Source: Gnetum montanum (taxonomy: Eukaryota > Plantae > Gnetophyta). From it: a stretch of DNA of 64,000 bases. Below are positions 53,749-64,000 of the stretch, piece after piece (the first letter of the stretch is position 1; every line of letters begins with the position of its first letter). The stretch is from positions 1 to 64,000 of the forward strand of contig MNCI01002316.1 in NCBI GenBank assembly GCA_015680685.1, given 5' to 3'. A program made the translations under genes and the position numbers. The notes below the pieces were generated by a model that saw only the letters and a program-made list of their open reading frames with translations, searched no databases and had not been told where the DNA came from.

Positions 53749-56700
53749 ATGCTAGTATACATCTTCTTTTTGTGATTTTGAATTTTATGATTATTGTGTA
53801 GTTTAATTTTTTTTAATGTGTAAGAAGACTAAATGAAAGTGCAAGCAAATGAATGAATGCGTAACAAAGTGAATAATGTAAAACACAAGTAACTATGCAA
53901 AATGTAGCTATGCAAGCAAAAGGCTAGTGGGGAATGCAAAAATTAAGGGCAAGTAGGCACCTAGCACATGCTAAACTAAGAGGGTACCTTATTCATGTAG
54001 TTGCTTCCTAACCCAATGTGGGTTAGGAGGTGCATCGAGCCTAGGCTACATGAGGGGATATTCACCTAGACCTTCATCCATGGTGCTAAGGGTAGCTCTA
54101 CCCATAGAGCGTCCTCAGGGAGGGTATCGAAATTTTTTGGCTCTTCAAATGGGTGTGCCAAACAAGGTTGACCCTTTTCCTCCATGGGTGACATGTCATC
54201 GGGGAACTCTAGCTCTAACCCTTGGTCTATGTTAATGTTGTTGATGGTTGGAGGGACTGAATTAGCACCATGTATGATCATTTCTCCACCTTCATATATA
54301 AGGTGAATCTCTTGGTGAATGGTGAGGAGATGGCCCATAATTTGGCTAGCCAAGGCCTTTTCAAAATCAAGTTGAACCCAAGCATCTCCTCAACAACAAT
54401 GAATTTGGCCATCATGGGGAATTGCACCCCTACCATGAAGGCTATTGTGATTGTTCCCTTCATGACAACACATGACCCATTAAAGGACTTGGGGCACATT
54501 ATCTTTGTGGCCTAGTTTTGGTCAACAAGACTGAGCTTATTAATGACTGGGAATGGGATGATGTTAGTCACTAATCCATCATTGATGTGCACCCAGTGAA
54601 TCTTGCATTTTCCTATGTAGATGGTTATAAACATTTGTGTACTAATAACCTAACCCTTTTCAGCATCAACATTAATTGCCTCATCAAGAAATGCTAGAGT
54701 TATTAAACCAAATTCTTGAGGTGAAGGAGGAAGCATCACAATGTGGATGGCTTGTTCATTCACTAGGATGTCCTCCTTAATAGGAATGGAGGCCAACATG
54801 TGAACTAGTGCTTCATGGTGAGTGAAGAGATTATCACCAAGTCATACAAGCTCAAGATTGTATCTTTTTGTTTCAGAGCCTACTTAACTTTTGCCAATGC
54901 ATCTAAAAAGTCATTAATTTTTTTAGTTGCCTTGTTAGCTTTCATCTCCTCCATGTGGCCCAAGAGATGGATCTTCTGGGAAGGATATTTGGGCTTGGTT
55001 TGTTTTACCTATTCTAAGCATCAATGCTCAGTTGTTGATCACTTGCAATGATGACTTCGGCTGATGTGGCCATAGGAACAGTAGATAAGGGGATATGCTT
55101 AGGCGAACCTAGCACCATGCATTGCCTCATCATTCAGTCAACGAGGCACTCATTTGGCCTCCTAGGCTATCACCTCGACTACCTAGTGTTGTATGCAGGA
55201 TGAGGCCTTGGACAAGCAGGGCCTATTATAGTCCCTACCACCAAACTCAGTAAAGGGTCTGCACATTGTGGCACCCTAATGATGAAGGGTGTATGGGTTG
55301 TTATTGCTACAACATGCTATGAGGCCCTGACCACAAAGGATGTCATAGATGCCTGAGGTGGTGCTCTAATGAAAAAAGAAATCCTTGAATTGGTTGATGC
55401 TAAGGAGGCCCCAATGTTGTCAAAGGGCACACGAACCACGAATGGCTTTTGTGCCAATTCGGCATCATCATCGATGTTGATGACATTGATGACATAGCTT
55501 GCACCATTTATGTTGAGAGGGTCTTTGTAGATCTTCATTGATTAATTTTTTGGGCAAACTGGGTTGGTTGCATCAAGAACTAGTTAGCCTTGGTCAATCA
55601 TGTGTTGTATGTCATCTTGTAAGGCCATGCAAAAATCTATGTCATGGTCGAGTAGTTGATGGTAATGGTAGAACCAATCCAACTTGAACTGCTTAGGGAT
55701 CAAACACTCATCTGTTGTGGCCATTGATGGGTTCCTGAGGAGCTCGTAGTAGTGGTTGTAATGCTTGTGAGCATCTTTAGACATTTTCTTGTACTAAATG
55801 CACCTAGCACTAAGTAGCTGACCTGAAAGTTACGATGGCTTGATGGGAAATGGTGTATACTTTGAGCGGTCCTTGTGCTCAAAGTTTGGCCTTAGGCTAG
55901 CTTACCCTGTAACCACCGATGGTGTAGGTTGGTTGATCATTATAGTGCTAGAGCCACTTACCTTATTGTTGGCTGGGGCCTTGGTTGCCTTGGTTATTGG
56001 TTTGACATTGTTTGACTTGGCCTCATTGGCCACCACTGCAGCTGTTGTTGTTTCCTTGCCCTTCTCCTTGTCTTTCTTCATATGTGCATTCTTGTAAGCC
56101 ATGTAGGCTATATCCTTACTATCTTCTACCACATCTTAAATGCTCTTCATTTGAACAAATGCTTGGCTTAGGGAGTGCGAGGCAAGGCAGTACAGCTTCG
56201 ACTTGATGAAGTCGTTCACTACACCTTTGAAAATGGCTAGTAGGTGGGTTTCTATGATAGGCTCATGGATTTCATTAAGTGCAGCGCTCCATTATTGGAT
56301 GAACATTTGAACGGGCTCTAAGTGACCCTACTTGATCTACATGAGTTGATCTAGGATTACCTTAGGCTTCAAGTTATACTTGAAGTAAGTGACAAATTGG
56401 CTAAGCAAATCCTCCAACAAAGATATGGAGGCCTTGGGGAGTGCATGATACTAGTCTAATGCCTTGCCAGTGAGGGGCATGACAAACATGCAAATGATTG
56501 CATGCAACCATGCTTATAGAAAAAGGCACTTAGACTAGAAGGTTACTAGATGGGCGTTGGGGTCCCCTTCACCGTTATACTTGGTGAACTAGGGGAGTTG
56601 GATGCTAGGAGGTAGGATCAATGATGGGACAATAGCACTAATAAGGTCATCCCAGTAGAAGTCCATCACTTGGACTATATTAGAAGAGGTGGCCTTAAGT

Positions 56701-58145
56701 TTTTTGACCTCTTCAATGAGTGTTTGAATGAGCTAAGACACTTCATCCAAGCTCAGTGTGGGTGTAGCAGGCTGCGCTAGTTGTACAAGCCGTTGTGTCA
56801 TTGGTGTGGTCCACAGTCCTACTATGGGTTGTGTGACCACATGAGATTCCTGTTGAGTGTACTACTATGGAGGCTATTATGCATGCTGCTATTGTGTGTG
56901 TTGTACCCAAGGCATGGAGGTAGGACCTCACCATGTGGTTGTGACTTGGGCTATCATAGGGGGCACCACCAAGATAGGTGGGGTGTATGACACCTAACTC
57001 ATGTGTTGCTAGGATGTTAGCATTGTGTGCACATAGGGTTGGGTTTGCATCATGAATGTCGATGTAGAGGATTACATGGACTATGTTGAGACCATGAAGG
57101 GGGGAGTGACAAATGATCCTACACCCTGATGAGTATGTGCTTGATGGCTTGGCACAATAAGTGTTAGCCTAGGTGGTGACAAGGGAGATGTTATTGCCTC
57201 AAAGAAGGCAAATGGCTGAGATTGCAAGGGAGCAACATTAGAGGTAGACAACAAGAAAGAGACGTAGAAGGAATTCTCATTCTCTAAGTGAGCCTCAAAT
57301 TCCTCTTGTCCATCCTGCAAGGGCTACTCATAGTTGGTTGATGTGTTGTGCTCATTCAACCCACTTAGTTGAATGAGTTGGTCGAGAATCTACCAAAAGG
57401 TCTCGATGAGGCGGATGAGATCATTAGGGGTAGGGAAGTACTCCCTCTTGTTCCGATATACAAGCTCATAACCTTACTTTGCATTCAACTCTTGGCAGTC
57501 CAAGGGAATGCCTACCTAGAGTTTTGCGTGAAGGAAGTTGTATTTATCTTTGTTGAGCACCATGTGCTCTAGGAGATTAGTTATGAATCCTAAGGGATTG
57601 CCTTCCCATGAAGAAGGGGCTCCCAACCCTAGGAATGTCAATTATGAATTCCCACTGAACAAATATAACCATGATTGTGCTTGAGGTGGAGGTTGAAGGC
57701 TCTCTGGGGTTCATGCTGCTATGAGAAGATAAAAAAGGTGCAACATTGGAAAATAAATGGCTAAGTATAAAGATTTCTGAAAACATCTAAGTATAGAAAT
57801 GCTAAAATGATAGCTAAGTCTGGGAGTGCTACTAGAAAAATGTCTAACTTTGGTGTTGCACTTGCTACACTAGAGCTTGCTATGCTCTCATGCTGAGGGC
57901 TAGCTACACTCTTCCTGGCACATAGAGTTTAGGGTCCAAGTGCAAGAAATACACTTTGGCTTCCATCTTATGGGATTCCAGGGGAACCAACAATTGGAAC
58001 CAATCTACACCAACTAGCTCATAGACAATTATAGAGGTGTCATGTCTATGCTAGTTTGAAGCTAGTAACGGAGGTACAGAGAGCATGTAGGACTACCATT
58101 AAATGCAGAAGGAAATGGCACACCCTCCTTCTAGTTCTAGGAAAC

Positions 58146-59866
58146 TATAGCAACCAAAATGTTGGTGACTAGGACACCAAGGGGTTCATAGGTGCATAGC
58201 CTTGACCTCTGCACCAAGGCCTTGCTAGAAAACGAAGGTAAAGTGCCCTGGATGGTCTTATTGATTGAACAGGGACTTTGCTAGCTACAACCATGGTATT
58301 GGATGCAATTGAGGGGTGGCGTGATTAGCCAAAATGCAAGTGCTGATGTTGTGAAATAATGCTAAGCATTCTAACGGTACTTTTGGCAGTACTAGGGCTG
58401 ACTAAACTTGTGCGTAGTGGGGTTTTCTGGCATAAGAATGATGATGCAAACATGCAAAAAATATGTGAAGTGATGAGGAGATGTGAATGCAATGGTAAAA
58501 TGTTAAAGAAAAATGCATCAGAAATGCTTGAAAATGTAGAGGAGTTTGAGAGAGAGAGAATGGCACCATCCCAAATGGGGAGTGTAGCAATTACAAAAGA
58601 GAGGTGAGAAGGTACATAATGTATAGATAATCATAATAGTAGTGTAGCCACAATCTCTAGGGTATCCTAGGATGAACAACGACATCCACTGCGAAGTCTA
58701 TGCCTATTGGGTTGGCTACCATGGTGCTTTGCAGGTTGCGGTGCGGTACAGTGCTAAATGGGATGCAAAGGTATTGCCAAAGTGCTGATACACTCTAATG
58801 TGTGGGGGTGCTCAAGGTGCCTTGGGTGCTAAGCGATACTCTAAAAATGCCAACTGCTACTTGAATTTTCCAACCAAATGCTTCAAAATTCCCACCACTA
58901 CAATGAATTTCCAACCACCCCTAACATGGGAATGCTGGGGTATTTATAGGATTAGGGTTAGCATGAAGTGCAAATTGAGCACCATGTGGCAAAGGGGGTA
59001 GGTGAGGCTATGTTGACGCCAACTACACTCTCACTAGAGCAACTAGTGTTACACTTTGGTGTGCTCCAATGGACCTTGAGAGACTAACAAACTGTGACTA
59101 CACTATTAAGACTATGTATGCCAAAGTAAAAAAAATACCACAATGTACCTATAAATAGTGTAAAATAGTGAAATTTGGAGGCTATGCTCCAGCACTATGA
59201 TCTCCTCTTTTTCGAGTGGAGTTGAGTGTAGGTACAATTTTGGGACATAAGTGGTGCAAAGAAAGTACAAGTTGCTAATCTTGCTCGCTAAAAGAGTGTT
59301 GGAGCTTGAATGAAGACCTATGCTTAGCTCTGGAAGCTTTTGGAGGTAGTTCTATGTTGCTACACTAGCTATGCTCTGGAGTGTAGCCCAATAATTAGGC
59401 AAATTTTGCAAAAGACTGAAGTCTAGTGCTACTATGCTTTCTATGGTCATGAGCATAGTAGGAAGGGATAGGGTGTAGCATAGACACTTAGAAAAATCTA
59501 GTAAAAATTGTAGTCCTTATTCTTGCTATGCTAACTTCTTCCAAATTATTTCTTCCATTCTGAGCTAGCTTAACAACTTCTACCTTGACACTCATGCAAA
59601 TTGGCCCCGAGAGTGCTACTATGCTCATGAGTGTAGTAGGAGGAATGGGAGAATAGTAGGACACTTAAAACAATTTCTGTGAGTATTATTAACACTTAGA
59701 AAATTTTGCAAACTTGGTTCTGTGTTGCATCCTATGCTGGCTACACTCTAGAGCATAGCCCCAGCAATGGGATCATGGGCCAAACACTTAGAAAAAATTT
59801 ACCTTGTGTTGAAACTTAGACAAATTTTCCGTTGAAGTGTTGTTAGCCAAATTTGGTGGTGTTTCA
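58146..59866 (-). repeat. 5' LTR of element D
   Basis: TATAGCAACC (decayed TGTAG)...GGTGTTTCA; collinear with 39786-41551. Confidence 0.9.
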
Positions 59867-61136
59867 GAAATAATGATGATGATGAGCCTTCGCTGGTAAC
59901 TTAAAGTATGCTGAATATCACAAAGATAATGAAAATTCCAAACAAGCATGTGAAAGATAGTCGAATCAAGTGACTTGACATGAATAATATTCCTACATTT
60001 GAGAGGGGATATAACTCTGATTCACAAACACATCAACAAGCCTTTCACGATGCCTATGCCTTACAAAATATTGAGAATGATTGGCCTGAATTAAAGCTAT
60101 TTCCTAGGACACTCATCAAGGAAGCCAGAAGCTAAAGTCAATCCTTGGAGCCAAAATCCATCTACAAGTGGAGTACAATGCTAGAGCTATTCAATGATAA
60201 ATACCAAATGTACTCCTGAGTGTCTAATTTGAGAAGGCAAATCTAAGAATGGAAGGAACACATGAATCCTTGGACATCACCATGGGCAAATACTATTCTC
60301 TCATACATCGATGCCCTGGCCATGATTATTCTCAACAGTAACAACTTCTCCACATTGTAGATGGACTCAAATAAAAAATGAGAAGAACTCTTGGGCTTTA
60401 TGCCCAAGGAAGACTATCAGAACTTAGAGTCCATCAGATCTAAAGATTGATAGTGTAGGTAGAAAAAAAGAAAGAGAGCTAAGGAAATGGGAAAGTGCTA
60501 AAGAATATAATAGGGATCTTTTCATTAGAAAAAGGGGGATCTAATTTTGTGACAATGGGGAGGAGTCATCACTTAATGAGATGGTGTAGTGAAAAACCTT
60601 TCTAGTACAAAAATTTGTTTCTTATATATCAACCAAGGTTGATAAATTATGGAACTCTTTGTAGAAAAAATTCCAAACTTCTCTAAGAATCATAGAAGAA
60701 TCAAGAGAGTAGAGTAGTGACCATAATTGTAGGAGGTAGAAAGAAGCTGAATGTGCCTACCAAAGGGATAAGGGCAAAGTTGCTACAGTAGAAAAAGTTG
60801 TGGAGATACAATTAGATGATGATAGTAGGTATGAAATCTACCAATACAAACATCCTAAGGGGTGTTGCCCTATCATGTCACACTTGCAAGAGTCTAGGGT
60901 GTATGGACTGAATCCTAAATTGGCAAGAAGGAAAGCACCAAGAAGACTACCTTATCCTCAAGGCAATCCAAGGTAATTCCACCAACAACAATAAGCTTAT
61001 TATCCAAGTGGAACCCCACCACAATCATATGAGTAGTACCAACAATGGAAACACCCGCAATCATGGGGAATACCATCACCAAGGCACCATGACCTTTATA
61101 GGCAATCAAATCCACATGGGTACTATGTTCAATAGC

Positions 61137-64000
61137 TATAGTAACTAAAAATGTTGATGGTGGGAAAATAGAGGGATTTACGAGTGCACAGTTCTATCCC
61201 CATGTCCACATGAGGGCCTATTGGAGGCAAAGACAGGGTCCTAGAATAGTCTTGTCAATTGAATGGGGACTTACAAAATGCAATGCCAAATGATGCTAGG
61301 TGTCGAGTAGTGTTCTTGGTGTTAACAATGTCAATAGGGATGAGCATAATCAAGGTTTTTGGTGCAAAACATGGGTGTTAATGCATGGTTATGCATAAAA
61401 AATAGAAAATGCAAGTAAAATGCTAAAAATCCATAGAAAGAGAGAGAGAGAAAGTGTGTGTGTGTGTGGCACACCACCCCAAATGGGGTTGAGTGTAGTT
61501 AACTTCAAAAAGGGTGAGTAGGTACACAATGTATAGCAAGCACAGTGACTAGCATAGTCATAGTTTTGGGATGTCTAGCTATGAAGATGGACATTCTATT
61601 GTGGTGTCTATGCCTATTGGGTTGGTCACTATAGTGTGCAGTGAACTGCAGTGATCTACGATGTCCTACAGTGAGCTATGGTGGTGCAAAAATGCCTTGC
61701 TTTGCCAAAAATGCCAAATGCCAAGCATTCCAACCTTCAAATTTTCTAACCTACTTCAATTTCTACTAACCCCTAAAACGTCAAGGGTTGGGATATTTAT
61801 AGGCCTAAGGTTAGTGTAAAATGTGGATGATTACCACATGGTAGTGGGACGGTTGGAACTACGCTACACCCAACTACACTCTCCACTAAGGCTAGTAGTG
61901 TTGTGCTCTACTCTACTCTAATGGACTCTGTGAGACTACAAGACTATGACTACACTACCAATTGCAGGTTTGTATGCTGAAAAGATCACAATGTACCTAA
62001 AAAATGCAACTTTGGAGAATACGCTCCAAGACTACTTTGTCCACTATCTCGAGTGGACTCAAGCGTAGTTACAATTCAAGGCCAAAAAGGGATACAACAA
62101 AGATGCATTTTTGTTAACTATGCTTGCTAGAGATGTGTTGGAGCTGAACTAAATTCCAATGCTACATTGTGGAGGCCGTTGGAGACTATTTTGGCTGACA
62201 ATGCTTAACTACACTCTAGACTAGGGGAGAGCATAGTTACAACACTTAAAAAAAATTTCAGAAAGTGGCTATGTGTTGACTATGCTCTTCACAGGAGGCT
62301 GACTATGCTCCCAACTGGGGTCGACAATAGTCTTAGCACTTTAAAAAACTTACAGAAACTGATTCCTAGTTGACTATGCTTTAGGGTAGTGGAGAGTGTA
62401 GTCTCGACACTTAGAAAATTTTTGCAAAAAATTGGGTCTTCCATGTTGACTATGCTTGGCTACGCTCTAGGGCAATGGAGAGTGTAGTCTAAACACTTAT
62501 AAAAATCTACAGTAGCTAGCTTGACACTTAGAAAATTTTGCAAAATTAGCATTTGGTGTTGACTACGCTCTCTACTGAGCTAACTACACTTTGGGGCAAT
62601 GGAGAGCATAGTCCCAACACATAGAAAAATTTGTAGCTTCTTGCTTCATGATGAAACCTAGGAAAAATTATAAAAAATTAGTTTTTGGAGCTAACTACAG
62701 TATCCACTAGGCTAACTATGCTCTGGAATAGTGGAGAGCGTAGTTCTAGCACTTAGAAAAAATTTTCCTCGTGTTGACACTTAGACAAATTTGTAATTAA
62801 GAAGCTGTAGCCCAAATTTGGTGATGTTTCATTAGCCCCTCTTTATTCACATCTAGAGGAGTGGCCTAAAAGATGTTGACAAATAAGAGAAAAACACCAT
62901 AGTAGGCTTGGCACCAACATCACTCTTCAGTACCTGATCGGATGTCATTGCACCATGCTCAAGAGTGTTGTGGTTGGCGATATGCTGGGAGTGAGAGGTG
63001 TAGGTAATATGCTGAGGATAAAAGGGGAAGTAAGATGCAAACACAGTGTTAGGATGTGAACACATCACTACTGGTGATGACCATGACACCAGAGTGGCTT
63101 ACCCCTAAAAATGTTGACCTCTCATCGGAGTGCTCATGAGAGAGTCAATGTGGATGCAGGGCCTAACTGGTTGTGAAATTGTAGCTCTTTTAGATTGATT
63201 GGGGGCATGCTTTGTCCCCTTTTTGCTTTTCTGTTTTTTTTGTTTCTTTTCTTTTTTGCTTTTTCTTTTACTTTTTGGCTATGGGATAAACCTGCTTTGG
63301 GTTCTGCATGTTGTTAAACACTAGCTACTAGATGCCTTTCATCAAGTTGACTACATGACATCGAATGGGCTTTACTTTGATGCTTGCAAAACCATGTCAC
63401 ATCTATAGGACAAGTTTTTTCTCCCCAAGATGACTTGTGTTACATCTGCCTAGGCTTTGACCAACCAACAAAGGCTCCTCATGGGACAACTTATGTTATG
63501 TCCACCTTAGGTTCTATGGTTTACAATGTGATATGCAAAGAAGGTGTCATGTGATCATAGCTTGTGAGCATCAAGGGGTTGCAATCTTGGCTATGCAGGG
63601 AACAAGAGAGTATTGGAATGTGAGAGTAGATGTGATTAGGCTATAATGAGATAGGAGGAAATGTGCACTCTTGAGTGGCTCAACTAGTCCAATCATGCAC
63701 ATATAAGCGTTGTGATGACTTGTTGCTACAATGAGATGCATCTCTGCACGATGACCTAAGGCCTCATCCTACATACACAACTTCGAGAAGATAAGAAAAA
63801 CACACAAAACATGATGTGCAAATAAAATGCCAAGGGCAATGATCCTACAAATTCTCCAAAGGCTAAACCAATTGTAGGAGCTCAAAATTAGCAAAATGGT
63901 GGGGGGTGGGAGGGGGGGGGCATAATGCTGTAAGCACTCTAAAGGCCGAAGTAATAACAAGAGCTCAAAAAATAAGCAAAATGACAATGGGCCATAATGC
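61137..64000 (-). mobile_element. Tat/Ogre-like element E: 3' LTR 61137-62831, PPT and 3' UTR; continues beyond the window
   Basis: TATAGTAACT...GGTGATGTTTCA followed by TTAGCCCCTCTTT (PPT AAAGAGGGGCTAA on minus). 62832-63830 is homologous to 41552-42520. Confidence 0.88.

Larger units (their letters stand above)
47162..53987 (-). other. Putative 6.8-kb intron between protease and RT of element D
   Basis: Donor AAG|GTACCC at 53987, where post-protease coding ends. Acceptor TTTTTTCTACTTGTTTTGTAG|G at 47162, where pre-RT coding resumes. Ogre elements are known to have a protease-RT intron. Confidence 0.6.
39786..59866 (-). mobile_element. Full-length degenerate Tat/Ogre-like Ty3/Gypsy element D (~20.1 kb)
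   Basis: LTRs at 39786-41551 and 58146-59866; TSD AAAAT/GAAAT; PPT-like CAAAGGGCCAA next to 41551. gag (FTKYNGEGDPNAHL) ~56600; protease (FNLILKRPWL) ~54350; RT (FAWSYKDMPGLDP, MPFGLKNVGATYQ, YVDD) 45900-46850; additional RNase H (CTNNTTEYEGL, IHGD..LVINQV) ~45000-45400; integrase (WGLDIIG, YFTKWVEA, NWEGPF) 43667-44750. Confidence 0.92.
37950..61136 (+). mobile_element. Athila-like element C: 5' LTR ~37950-38878, PBS and gag; interrupted by element D (39786-59866) and again by element E at 61137
   Basis: LTR end CACTCATCA followed by TTGGCATTGTTGCTAGGGA (Asp-type PBS). 39030-39350 is homologous to 6230-6600 of element A. gag resumes after 59867 (QAFHDAYALQNIENDWPELKLFPRTL, matching A at ~7280). 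The LTR start is approximate. Confidence 0.82.

Overview
Eukaryotic nuclear DNA from a land plant with a large genome. The CpG/CHG-depleted transposons suggest heavy methylation; a fern or lycophyte is plausible but cannot be proven from the sequence. About 80% of the window is nested, degenerate LTR retrotransposons: a Copia/Sirevirus-like 3' end, three Athila-like Gypsy elements, two Tat/Ogre-like Gypsy elements and one young solo LTR with a TSD, plus LINE and SINE fragments. A small gene island at 26.4-31.9 kb holds an apparently intact two-exon nuclear gene for plastid ribosomal protein S6 on the minus strand. Its last exon, together with the splice acceptor, is tandemly amplified to six copies. 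Head-to-head with it lies a frameshifted root-cap/LEA-related pseudogene. The two most unusual structures are (1) the six-copy terminal-exon array and (2) a 20-kb Tat/Ogre element. In that element protease and RT are separated by a putative 6.8-kb intron containing an antisense, intron-bearing gene remnant, and three arrays (26 units) of a GCTAGTTTAA motif are each followed by a covarying 4-bp stem and 6-nt loop. All homology calls come from motif recognition by eye, not database searches.
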